The position numbers and the translations under genes were made by a program. Below, in pieces: positions 1 through 14,700 of a stretch of DNA of 64,000 nt. Within the stretch, counting starts at the first letter, position 1; every line of letters begins with the position of its first letter. This DNA is from Octopus sinensis (Eukaryota). Under the pieces are notes generated by a model. That model was not told the DNA's origin. It saw only the letters and a program-made list of their open reading frames with translations, and made no database searches. The stretch covers positions 1,116,001-1,180,000 of the forward strand of contig NC_043014.1 of assembly GCF_006345805.1 (NCBI RefSeq). The letters are read 5' to 3'.

Positions 1-1316
1 AAAAACGTTTTTGAAAATACCATATTAATTAACCTAATTACTCTTAATATACCGGTTTCAAATTTTGGCTCAAAACTAGTAATTTCGGGGAAGATTCACC
101 CCAGTATCCAACTGGTACTCATTTTATTGACCCCAAAAAGATGAAAGGCAAAGTTGACTTCAGTGGAATTTGAACTCAGAACATAAAGATGACTGAAATG
201 CTGCTAAGCAGCCTTAATTACTCTAGATATATTAATTTTCTAATTAGTAAATATTTCTAATATCCATCATAGTGTTTGTGGGTATACAATGGTCTTGGGT
301 ATTTTTTGTTGTGTTTATTGGTCAGAAGTGGAAAAGAATTTCAGAAAATGATAAAAAAAAACCTATCTGTTTGTCCTGAGAAACACATACCCTGATGTTA
401 AATGTTAGTTACCTGGCTGCAAAATCCGTACCCCTATGTTGGATGACAGAATGGAAAAGATGTACCCTTATGTCAAATATCAGCTAAACTGGATAAAGAC
501 TGACATATGTACCCAGGACATACATACATACAATCATAACAACAACAGACACAGATACATCTACCATATGCATACACACATATACATACATACATATGTA
601 TATACATTCACATAAACATACATGGATATACATTGGCATGTCTGCCTAGCCAGCCAGGTGGCATCATTTAGAAGCTGTAACAATGCAAAGGAAATGCACT
701 GTGGTCAGCAATGTGTAACAACATTTGATAGTCTGCTTGGTAAAGTGAGACACGTGTCACACACACACACACACAATATGGCAGGTTTTATCCCTTTTCT
801 ATCGACTGATTTTACTGAGAAGATATTGGTCAACTCATGGCCATTGCAGAGGACAGCAAGCAAAAGTGTCCGCACAGTGAGGGACAAACCCCAGACCATT
901 TGGAGGGGAAAAGAAACCTCTTAACCACAGCCATGGAATCACATGGTAAATTAACCCACCAGAATATAATGGGGAGTTAATATTACAGTCTGAGATTAAC
1001 AGAATATTTATTATTATATTGCAGCAAAAATGTTGAGAGAAATGTCATGTGATATGTTGTCCTGACCCCCACCTCCTCCACCATCCTATGTGATATTCCT
1101 TCTGCTACCACCACCACCACCACCACCACATATGTTGTGATACCCCCACCTCTATCACCACCACATCGGTGGAGGCAAGATTGTCAAAGAGAGAACCAGA
1201 TGTAATTTTGACCTCATAAATATTGAATGTCATGAGGTGCATTTACCAAAGAATAAAGAATCAAGATTCTGGCATCATCTGGGCCATTCCTTAAATAACT
1301 CTCTCTAATACAATAC

Positions 1317-1350
<34 letters not shown>

Positions 1351-1609
1351 TGATTATGTAATATCACATAATAGTATATAGTAGTAAGTCAATATACATG
1401 ATACTATTAATAATATTAATGTAGGTTATGTATTACTTACCCAGCCAGCCATTGTTGATCTGTTGAGGCAAGTGAAATCGAAATCAAATTCGATGACTGG
1501 CATCTATCCTAGCGGAGCACTAAGAGCACCATCCGACTGTGATGGTGCCAGAGCAGCTAAATGGCTTCTATGCCGGTGGCACGTAAAAAGCACCATTCGA
1601 GCGTGATCG

Positions 1610-2130
1610 TTCTGTGGTCGCACAAATTCTCTGACGGCCATGACTGGGTTCTCCAATTTGTCTGGCATGGTGCAGAGTCCTGTTGCCAGACATAGGGTCT
1701 TCCAGCAGCCACCCTCTTGATCCAGGCAGCACTACCTCCTCCAGGCACTTGATGTAGGCCTCTGTGTTGAATCTTAGGCTGTGTGGGAATATGAATGGAG
1801 GCATAACGTCGCCATCACTAGTGATCACTTCAAACACCATGATGTTGACTGGATGTTTGATTTTTATCACTCTCATTACATGTTTTGGGGACATGGAAAA
1901 CCAACGGTTGCTCTGTGTATTCACCATCTGATCCTAGCAGAAAATTTTCTCATCTGAGAAAAACCAAAGCATGTTTGGTTGGAGGGTTTGCTTGAGTTGT
2001 TTAAAAGCTTTGTATCGTGGTCTTTCCCCTTGTCCTTGATGTCTAGGGATAAAAATTGACCCTTTCTCATCTTTTATAAGGACTACTGAATGTCTTCGGG
2101 CAGAAGATTAGAAACAAACGCCATTGTTTG
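1610..2130 (-). mobile_element. Tc1/mariner (maT/DD37D-like) transposase fragment, frameshifted
   Basis: WFFSDEKIF ... KHPVNIMVF..ITSDGDVMPPFIF..YIKCLEEVVLP/WIKRVAAGRPYVWQQDSAP catalytic-core motifs. Confidence 0.8.
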
Positions 2131-3549
2131 ACGATGACACGAGTTCAAGACAAGGAAACAAACAAACAAATATATCTTTAATCTTTTACTCGCATCAGTC
2201 ATAGGACTGTGGCCATCCTGGAGCACTGACAAATCGACCCCAGTACTTACATACAAGTTTGGTACTTGTTCTATCAGTTTCTTTTGCCAAACTGCTAAGT
2301 TACAGGGATGTAAACAAACCAATACTGTTTGTCAAGTGGTGGGAACACAAAGACACACACGACAGGCTTCCATGCAGTTTCCATCTTCCAAATTCATTCA
2401 CAAGGCATTGGTTGGCCTGTGATTACAGAAGACTGAAGGAACTTGCCCAAGACGTCTTGTTTCCAGTTGTCTGTGATAATATATCCCAACAATGGGGAAA
2501 TATTAAGTTGCTGGGAAATAAGTGAGGGTTTGTGACAGGAAAGGCAACCAGCCACGGAAAGTCTGATCCATCCAAGCATGGAAAAGTGGATGCGAAAGTA
2601 ACGATGAGGATGAGGTCAAGATTTCTTCATTGTTTGATCCTAAAAACCAAGAAACGTAAGCCTTTAACATTTCAGCCAGCCATGTCCTGCCCAAATGTTC
2701 CCCCTATTTTATGTTCAAATCTGCCTGAGCTGGCCTCTCACACTGAACCTACAATGTCATTCTAAAAATAAGCAACCACATCCTCGAAATCTCAAAGCTA
2801 CGAATTGATGCATGATTAATTCAAACCAATGTGAATAAATAATTGTTAAACCTCAGAATGCCAAAGGTTGAACCAGTTTAAAAATGTCAGAAGGATTTCA
2901 GTTTTAACCCATGGCTTCACACCAAGTCACACTCGTTAGACAAGTTCAACTCTGAAAAACATTGTTTTGCTAATTAATCTCTGACATTAAACAAATATTG
3001 TCGAAATTTATCTTTAATACTAACTCTTGACTTCTACCTTTAGCTCAAGGTCACAGATTTTCAGAGAGAGAGAACATGGCTTCGACTATATCACCTTCTC
3101 CCCATACTTGAACGGTACTTCCTTTTATCAACTCCAAAAGGATCACAGACACAGAGGACCTTTGAGAGGCTCTGGTGCCCTGACAATTCTACTGAGGACC
3201 AACAAAATTTTAATTTTAAAGAAAGATAAATACAGTAATACCTCACTTTATGAGACCCCAGGTTTACGAGCTTTTACGAGTTGTATTTTCTGTTTACAGG
3301 TTTTCTCTGGGAATTAATTAACTTATATATCAAGGTATTACTGTATTGAGTCATTAAAATCAACTTGTGGGGTGCAGTATGGGGTAGAGGAAGAAGAGGG
3401 GTCAGTCTTCCAATAAGACTGTTCACCCATTGATGGATACCTCTGGAAATTGCAATGTCAGGAAATAGATTCCATTTTATCCACACTGGTGCCTGGATAA
3501 ATATGTGGTAAGTACACAAATGCTTCAAGCCATTCTGTTAGTTTTACCA

Positions 3550-3856
3550 CAATTGTCACTATACTGACCAGGCTATCAGATGTTGCTACACATCGCTGGT
3601 CACAATGCGCTTTGCATTGTTTTAGCCTTCAAGTGATGCCACCCCGCTGGCTAAGCGGGCAGGCCAACAGAAGAAAGAGTGAGAGAAAGTTGTGGCGAAA
3701 GAGTACAGCAGGGATTGCCACCACCCACTGCTGGAGCCTAGAGGAGCTTTAGGTGTTTTTGCTCAATAAACACTCACAACGCCCAGTCTGGGAATCGAAA
3801 GCGTGATCCTACAACTGCAAGCCGCTGCCCTAACCACTGGGCCATTGCGCCTCCAC
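3550..3856 (-). mobile_element. SINE family C head with alternative 3' tail
   Basis: Head GGAGGCGCAATGGCCCAGTGGTTAGGGCAGCGG and CACAACTTTCTCTCACTCTT body shared with 45073; different tail. Confidence 0.8.
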
Positions 3857-5604
3857 CATATATATACATATATATATATATATATACATACATACATACA
3901 TACATACACACACGCACACAATAATTTTCATTCAAAGTGAAGTCAAATCAATGCTAAGTTGATTGTGATGTCTGAAGAAGTGAACAGACACAAAATTTGT
4001 TGAAGGAGTTGTAGAACTTTCAATGCAATAAGAAATAAATGGCATTTCTTCACCAAACTGTCTGGAGCAAAGATTTGACTCCTCTTTTAATATAATTACC
4101 TATTTGAAATCCACCCCTTGAGTTGGTGAGGTGTTCCTATAAAAAACTGACCGGAGTACAACGAATCATTGTTTGGTTAACCAAAAGGTGTAGCCTTTAC
4201 CCTACCATTGAAACCCTCTGCTAGCCAGGTTCCAGCATTAAGGGCCACTGAGGTGAACACTTTGGATTTTACTCATCCTTCTCATGGGCAAGGCTGAGTG
4301 GTTTGAGAAGTCCACTTCCCAACTCTAGGGTTCCAGGTTCAGTCCCATTCTGCACCATCTTGGTCAAGTTCTTTTCTATTGTAGCCTTAGGTCAATTTAG
4401 GCCTTGTGAGTGAACGAACTGGATTCACGTGTGTGTGTGTGTGTGTGTGTGTCTTTCCTTGTCTTAACATTGTACAACAGATATGTAAAACAAGAGTTGT
4501 CATACAAGCAATGTTGTTTGTTTCTGGCCTTCAATGCCCAACATGTCTGGCCATGGGGAAGCATTAACTCATCCGGAAACAGATGAACAGAATTGGCAAC
4601 CGGAAGTACGGCTGACTAAACAAAAACTGCCTCAACGAATTCTGTCCACAAAAGAATGAAAATGTGAACATTAACATAAGGCTACACACACATTCCATAG
4701 ATGTCTTATTTCTTTTAATCATTAGCCTGTGGCCATGCTGGGGCACTACTTTGAAGAATTTTTAGTTGAATGAATCAACCTCAGGACTTATGCACTTTTT
4801 AAGCCTGGTATTTGTTCTATCAGTCTCTTTTGCCAAACCGCTAAGTTACAGGGATGTAAATACACCAACACCAGTTGTCAAGCAGTGAGTGGGGAAGGGG
4901 CAGAACAAACACACACACACACACAACAGGCTTCTCTCAGTTTCTAACCACCAAATCCATTCACAAGGGTTTCGTCAACCTGAGGCGAAAATTGGAAGAC
5001 ACTAGCCCAAAGTGCCACACAGTGGGACTGAACCCAGAGCTATGCAGTCAGAAAGCAAGCTTCTTACTACACAGCCACTACACACACACACACATATGTG
5101 GGTATTATATATATATATATATATATATGTGTGTATATATACATACCCACATACACCTATGGTAAGCTGAACCTTCCGGGCAAGGCGACAAAGGACCAAG
5201 ATACCTGGTGCCTGACTGTGCTCAAGAAGACCCCTACCTTACAGCAGAAGGCGTTAAGACTGATCCTTCTGGTTGTGTAAAGCACCCATGGTAGTGACCT
5301 GTAAAAGCACCTGGGTGGTGCCAGACAAAAGCACTGAGCACACTCTGTAAAATGGTTGGGATTAAAGAAGAGCATCCAGCCACAGAAACCATGACTGGAG
5401 CCTGGTGCAGCTCCCCAGCCTGTCAGCTTTTGCCGAAACTGTCCAACCCATGCCAGCACAGACAATGGATGATATAAATATGACGGACTCTCCCGTCGTT
5501 AGACGACATATGAGAGTTTGACAATTTTTTACCAAACAACCACACAAATGTTTCTAGTGATCAAATGTTTGTGTAAACACAAGCTCACTCCCTCCCTCCA
5601 TGCA

Positions 5605-6385
5605 TGCATATCATCATCCATCATTTTAAATCCAGGTTTTGTCCCCGTTAATGGGAGTGGCCAGATCTTCCTCAATTCCATAGCAACCGCCCTCACACCA
5701 TCTTGCCATTGTGCCCGGTATGGGGCGTCCTCCCTTCTCAAGCCAACCCTCCCAATCTCCTCCTCCACCTGTCCCCTCCATGTTTTCCTCGGTCTACCTC
5801 GCTTTCGCTGTCCATTTACCTCAAATTCTAGCATCCTCTTCAGAACATGCTCCTCATCCCTCCTCAACACATGCCCATACCACCGCATACCATTCACCCA
5901 TACCACCACATTCCACCAATCCCTCCAAACCCAGCATCCTCATCAAGTCCTCGGTCCTCCTCTTATCAAACAGCCTCATGCCACATATTTTTCTTACCAT
6001 TGCTCTCTCGGTCCTTCTCAAAATTGTCATCTTTCTCTCCCTCAAACACCGTGTCTCACTCCCATAAAGCATTGCACCTCTCACTCACCAGAACAAGGTC
6101 TTCTGCATACAGTATCTCCATCATCAATCCCTCTCTTGCGCTCTCCATCACCACATCAACCACTGTTGCAAACAACAATGGTGACAACACAGATCCCTGA
6201 TGCACACCAACTTTCACCACAAAATCCTCCGACAACTCTATTCCAATTCTCACTCTTGTCTTTACCCCTTCATACAAACTCATCACTGCCCCCACTATTA
6301 CCTCCATTACACCTCTCTTCCTCAATGCCCACTCAGTCCCCTTCTTGGAACCCTATCAAGTGCCTTCTCCACATCAACAACGAAG
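5605..6385 (-). mobile_element. 5'-truncated RTE LINE of a different subfamily, internally deleted
   Basis: Fragments FVVDVEKALDRVPR, VGVHQGSVLSPLLF, ILYAEDLVL, AMLYGSET, MRWYGHVLRR..GRPRKTW; (GAT)n tail near 5610. Confidence 0.9.
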
Positions 6386-6825
6386 CACATGTACATATAT
6401 ATATACATACATATACACATATACGTATATACATACACATATACATACATGCATATATATATACATACATATATATACGTACGTACATACATATACACAC
6501 ACATATGCGTATATATGTATGCCTGTGGGTGGAGAAATATGTCAGTGTTTATACACACACACACACACAAACAGGATTAAACAGAGCGCGCGCGCGTGTG
6601 TGTCCGACCGTCCTAGGTTTCTGGGTGTAGATGTTTACTTTGGTGTTTGTGTCAATCAGAGATTTGGCCGATTAATAATGACATACATGTACACTTTATA
6701 CACACAAACATCTATACAACATAGATACTTATATACAGTTTGACCTTTCAGATAACTGTAATCTTCATAGAACACACCCACCTATATATACCCATACACA
6801 CACACAAAACTATGTGCGCGCGACT

Positions 6826-6875
<50 letters not shown>

Positions 6876-7281
6876 CACACACATACTTATGTGGGTCACA
6901 TGCACTGCAAAATAGAAAAATACTTCATGCGGTGCACCCAGATCTGCACATAAAGCTTATTGATACCCGTCCAGGGTGGATGTGGGTGGATGTGAGTAGT
7001 AAAAAAAGTCGGTCATTGAGATCATTTTGGCTGGAAGCCTTTTCGAGAACAATCACCAACCGATAACATTAAACGAATAAAACGTAGAGTTTAGGACAAA
7101 ATAAGTTAAACCCTAAGCAGCTTCCAGGCTTCGTATGTGTGTGGGTGCATGTATATACATATATACACACACACATTATTATATATACATATATCTTGAA
7201 GATATCATAAGCACTGTGTATTGAGTTCTACTTCTCTCGTTTGTGTAAACAAAGACAAATTTATAAATCAATGAATGAACT

Positions 7282-8328
7282 GATAGACAGACAGATGGAT
7301 CGATTGATGATAGGCAGACAAATAGAGAGAGAAAGAGAGAGATAAATAGAGAGACAGATAGGTAAATAAAGAGATAGACAGATAAGCAGATAGACAGACA
7401 GATAGGTAGATAGAGAGATAGGTAGAGAGATAGACAGATAGGTAGATAGAGAGAGAGATAGGCAGGCAGACAGACAGACAGACAGATAGATAGGTAGACA
7501 GACAGACAGACAGACAGATAGATAGATAGGTAGGTAGACAGATAGACAGATAGATAGACAGACAGATAGATAGATAGATGGATAGACAGACAGACGGACG
7601 GACGGACGGACAGATAGATAGATAGATAGACAGATAGATAGATAGACAGATAGATAGACAGATAGATAGGTAGACAGATAGATAGATAGATAGACAGACA
7701 GATAGACAGACAGATAGATAGGTAGACAGACAGACAGACAGACAGACAGATAGATAGACAGATAGATAGGTAGATAGATAAGATAGAGTGATGCTGTATT
7801 ACAAGGTTCTTCAGTGAAGTGGAGATAATGTTCCACGTCTGAATGGAGCAGCGAAACCAAGCTGTGGCGGTTTATTTACAATTGGGTGATTCTATGAATG
7901 GATGAATGTGTAAAGACCACTCAGACATTCGCTCAAATACGACTGGAAATGTTATCGATACTGGTATTGGGCGCGTGTATTCATACATATATACTTATAT
8001 ATACGCATGTCTAAATATATACACGCGCACACTGTATACATAGGTGTTTGTATACAGGTATAGATAGATACAGATGTATATAGATAGATAGACAGACAGA
8101 TAGATAGATACAGATGTAGATAGATAGATACAGATGTATATAGATAGATAGATAGACAAGCAGATATACAGACACACAGATAGATAGATAGATAGACAGG
8201 CAGATATATAGATGGATAGACAGACAGACGGACGGCCGGACGGACAGATAGATAGATACAGATGTAGATAGATAGATAGATAGACAGACAGACGGACGGC
8301 CGGACGGACAGATAGATAGATACAGATG

Positions 8329-8377
<49 letters not shown>

Positions 8378-8379
8378 GT

Positions 8380-8445
<66 letters not shown>

Positions 8446-8465
8446 GGATAGATGGATGGATAGAT
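7282..8465. repeat. (GATA)n/(GACA)n compound microsatellites (two blocks, 7282-7785 and 8060-8465)
   Basis: Direct inspection. Confidence 0.95.
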
Positions 8466-9294
8466 ATTAAGAAAAAAGTGACAGGGAAAATATAAACAGA
8501 ACAAGGTATAGAAATGAAATACAAAAAAGAAAAAAAACAGTGAAACTAAAATAGACAAATATTTCGTTGGCTGAGGTCAGAGAGACCCACTTCTAGTCTA
8601 AAAGAAGCTTCAAAGAAGAAAGGGTGACACTTACCCGTAGAAATAGAAATATGAAGTTAGTGTCTCTTCATTCCTCTCTGTTGTAGAAGGGAAAGGATTC
8701 GTCCCTGGACGGGAATTGCCGATGATGGTAGAGATGAAGATGATAATTGCTCTCAGGGAACAACAACCCCTAATTGAAGGGGTTTCATTTACAGCTTCCA
8801 AAAATGTCTAGGATGTAGGGGTATTTATAAACACACACCAGTGTTTGTGTATAATATATATGTATAATATATATATGTATGTATGTATCTGTGTGTTTAT
8901 AAACTTCCTAAACACATACCAGTACTATATATATATATGTATGTATGTATATATACACACATGTACGTATATTTGTATGTATATATGTATGTGTGTGATG
9001 AGTGACCGAGCGCGGGTACCTGCTCGTGGAGTGTATATTATTAAATTAATACAATATTTTCAAAGTATCAGCTTCAAATATTTACCACAGAAATAAGTAA
9101 ATATGTGTTATTGAGACACGAGGCTTTACCTGACCCTGTTTTTGGTGTTTGCAGGTGAAGGGCACCAGAGCTTGACCCTCACCAAGTTCGTCGTGGTAAC
9201 AGAACAGACAAATGTTGCCCTCCTCGGCTCTAATTAATTCTGTCTTCAATTAAGACAACACGAAGCGAGCCAAAGCAGAAGGCTTTGGTGGGTC

Positions 9295-9700
9295 ACTAAC
9301 CTTGCTAGAAACTGCAGCTAATATACCTCCCTCAAACGGCACCTAAGTCATCTCAAACGAAGACAGGGCATTAATTAATGTGTTCCTGATATAGATAAGA
9401 CGAGATAGTCACAGCTGGAACGTCTTACAGCCCGAAATAAAGGCAGGACACATTTGTTAATGTCTTTGATATATAAGACGGGACAGTCACAAGTGGAATG
9501 TCACAGCGTCCTAAACTAAGACTGGACACTTTGGTTCAGGTTTCTAGGAGACGTGGTAGTCACAACTGGAACGTCTTAAGGTCTGAAATAAAGGCAGGAC
9601 ACATTGCTTAATGTATTTCTGATATCTAAGACGTGGTAGTCACAGCTGGAACGTCTTTGGCCGTAGGTCTGCTGGATCGACATAAACCTGGGGTTGAACA
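9295..9700 (+). repeat. Dispersed repeat with ~4 internal tandem ~70-90-bp units
   Basis: Recurring AAGGCAGGACACATT..ATAAGACG..AGTCACAGCTGGAACGTCTT. Same family (CTAGAAATAGCAGCCAAATCTCCC) at ~48195-48480 and 54275-54470. Confidence 0.65.
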
Positions 9701-10153
9701 ACGGGAAGCGAGGAAAGGAAGAGTTTGTTTTGAAGTCCAATGGCCAATAATTAACTAAGCATTCTAATTAATTAATTGTGTATGTAATTAAGAAGGCGGA
9801 GTGCGCGTGAGTTAATGAGGAGCCGTAACGGGAAAACGGAGAAAGGACTGACCTCCACGGTGTCAAAGCAACGATTTATATACACCGATGTGTGTGTGTA
9901 TAGGTGTGCGTTTATACATACGTTGATGTATAGAGATATATACACAGAGAAGCTAACTGCTGGGTCTCTTCTCTTCTCTTCTCTTTCTGTGGCTGAGGAG
10001 CCGAGGTGTGGGAGTTATCTGTTCTTGGTACAGCAGCTTGGCATCAGGGGGCAGCAGCGCCACCACCACCTCCTACGTCACTCAGACGGGAACTTCGCAA
10101 GTCAGAACGCACACACGCGCCTACGCACATACATACACACATACATACACACA

Positions 10154-11275
<1,122 letters not shown>

Positions 11276-11645
11276 CATCATACACACAGGTATAAATTCA
11301 CTCAGATATAAATTTTAAAACTTGACAATTATCTATCCTGCCATCATAGTCATCACCATCACCATCAACACCATCATCATCATCATTTTAATTGTTGTCA
11401 TCGTCCACCTTCTCAAATGACAATAATGTGATATTTAAATGTCAAAACTGGACACAAAAAAATATAGGAAAAAATAGCAAAACAAATCTGAATTCACTTT
11501 TGTTCATGTTTTTTGTTATTTTTTTTCTATTAGTTTCTTTTGTTGTCGTCTTCTTTTTCTTTAATATTTTATAATGTTGGATATCAGTGGATTTCCAGAA
11601 TATCAAATAATCGCATCACTCTTATAGCTAGCTGCTATTTCTGTT

Positions 11646-11690
<45 letters not shown>

Positions 11691-11720
11691 CACACACACA
11701 CATGTATAGATATATATGTG

Positions 11721-11754
<34 letters not shown>

Positions 11755-14700
11755 GGTTTATTGTGATCATATAGCGCAAAAACTGTGAAATTTATGCAGG
11801 TTGTAGTCTAGAGTCTCAGTATGATATCTGGCAAATGCAAGCTTTCTTTTCAGGTCCATACACTGCTGTCCCTCATCCCAGGGTCTCAGAGGCCCACACC
11901 TCCCACACCCTCAGGGTGGGCACCCTCAACGTTGGCACATTGAAAGGAGGTCTGGCGAGATAGTCGAGATGCTTGAACGGAGACGTGTTGATGTATGTTG
12001 TATGCAAGAAATAAGGTGGAGAGGAGGATCTGCTAGGGTCCTCACAGGCAAGGAACACAGGTACAAGATTTTCTGGGCAGGGAACACTGACGGGGTTGGT
12101 GGCGTGGGTATACTTATCGCTGAGAAATGGATAGATAGAGTAATTGAGGTAATCAGAGTAAGTGACAGAATACTTAAGATTAGAATAGTGCTTCATAATA
12201 GATTAGCAACCATTATATCGGCCTATGCCCCTCAGCCAGGGCTACCCGATGGACAGAAAGACAGTTTCTATGACACCCTACTGCAGACCACCTCATCGAC
12301 GAATGACAGGGACCTTCTCTTTGTGGCTGGTGATTTCAATGGGCATGTTGGACGACATGCTGGGGGCTTCCATGGCGTACATGGAGGCTACGGTTATGGT
12401 TCCCGCAACGAGGAGGGAACCAGGCTGCTGGAGTTCTGCGATGCGAATAGTCTTATGGTCTGCAACACTAACTTCAGGAAACCAACAAGCCACCTGGTCA
12501 CCTACCGATCGGGCCGGCATACTAGCCAAATCGACTACATCCTTGCCAGAAAAAGGGAGAGATGGCTGCTTATAAATGCCAAAACCTTCCCAGGCGAAGA
12601 ATGCACCCCACAACATAGACTGGTAGTTAGTGACTTTAGGATCAGGACTAAGAGGGCGACTAGAAGACGACCAACATGGAGAAGAAGGGTCTGGAAGCTT
12701 AAAGCCCCTGCGAATGGACAGAGATTTAGAGATATGTTACTTGAAGCCTTTGACGAAGTGGAAGGGGGTATAGCTACACATGGGGTAGAAGACAACTGGA
12801 CGTTTCTGAGGGACAACCTGCTGAAAGCCGCTGACCAGATCTGTGGCTGGTGCAAAGTCCCCTTAAGACCCAAAATAACGTGGTGGTGGAACAATATTGT
12901 TGACAGGGCTATTAGACAAAAGAAACAGGCTTGGAAGGCCTGGAAGAACGGTGGTAGCAGGGAAGGGTATCAGACTGCCAGAAGGGAAGCTAGGAGACAG
13001 GTCTATCTAGCCAGAGGGGAAGCAGATAAGAGAAAATTTGCCAATGTCCTGCGCCGTGAGGATGAAAGACTTGAGGTATTTCGTGTTGCAAGACAGTGTG
13101 TGAGAGAGAATCATGATGTGGTAGGAGAGAAATGTGTTCGCATGGAGGATGGTTCACTTGCGCTAAATGAGGATGCAAAGAGAGAAGCTTGGAGACGCCA
13201 CTATGAAAGGTTACTGAATGAGGAAAATGAATGGGATAAAGAGAGTCTGCCGAATGTTGACCCTACAGAGGGACCAGCTATCCGAGTTGATAGTTCCGTG
13301 GTAGCTAAGGCAATTAGAAGCATGAAGACAGGGAAAGCCCCAGGCCCATCAGGAATTACTGCAGAGATGCTCAAAATATCTGGCAGTGTCGGCTATAACC
13401 TAGTCACCCGTATAGTCAACCAGGTGATACACAAAGGAGTCATACCCAATGACTGGTGCAGCAGCATACTAGTCAACTGCTACAAAGGTAAAGGTGATGC
13501 CCTAGATACAAATAATTACAGAGGTATCAAGCTGTTGGATCAAGTAATGAAGGTTACGGAGAGGGTCATAGCCCAACTAATTAGAGAGAGAGTTAGTTTA
13601 GATGAGATGCAGTTTGGGTTTGTGCCAGGGAAAAGTACCACTGATGCTATATTCCTGGTAAGGCAGCTGCAGGAGAAATACCTAGCCAAAGATAAGCCCC
13701 TGTACCTGGCTTTCGTTGACATGAGAAAGCTTTTGATAGGGTCCCGATCCCTTATCTGGTGGTCAATGAGGAAACTAGGGATAGATGAATGGCTGGTGAG
13801 GACTGTGCAAGCCATGTACAGAGATGCCGTAAGTAAGGTTAGGGTTGGCAACATGTACACAGAAGAATTCAAAGTAGAGGTTGGGGTCCACCAGGGTTCA
13901 GTACTCAGCCCCCTCCTATTTATCATAGTACTCCAGGCAATTACGGAGGAATTCAAGACAGGCTGTCCCTGGGAGCTCCTCTACGCTGACGACCTTGCTC
14001 TTATTGCTGAGTCACTATCAGAACTGGAGGAGAAGTTCCAGGTGTGGAAGGAGGGTTTAGAATCAAGGGGCCTTAGAGTCAACCTAGCTAAAACCAAAGT
14101 ACTAATAAGTAGAAAGGTAGACAATCCACAAATATCTTCAGGAAGATGGCCCTGCTCGATCTGTAGAAAAGGTGTAGGTAGAAACTCTATAAGATGTACC
14201 CAGTGTAAGCTATGGACACATAAGAGGTGCAGCAATGTCAAAGGTAGGCTAACTGGGAAGATAGTTTTTGTATGTGGCAGATGCTCAGGAGCATTAACCT
14301 CCGAAAATCTGCAGAAAACAACTTCCGTCACTTTCCAGGGGGAAAAACTAGAAGTAGTTGATAGCTTCCGTTATCTAGGTGACCAAGTCAGTAGTGGGGG
14401 TGGGTGCGCTGAAAGTGTAACTGCTAGAATAAGAATAGCCTGGGCAAAGTTTAGGGAGCTCTTACCTCTGCTGGTGACTAAAGGCCTCTCGCTCAGAGTA
14501 AAAGGCAGACTGTATGATGCGTGTGTACGAACAGCCATGCTACATGGCAGCGAAACATGGGCCGTGACTGCTGAGGACATGCGTAAGCTCGTGAGGAATG
14601 AAGCCAGTATGCTCCGATGGATGTGTAATGTCAGTGTACATACTCGACAGAGCGTTAGCACCTTGAGAGAAATGTTGTACCTAAGAAGCATCAGTTGTGG

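Noticed and set aside
5518-6630. 370-aa plus-strand ORF
   Set aside because: Antisense frame of the decayed RTE copy running into microsatellite.
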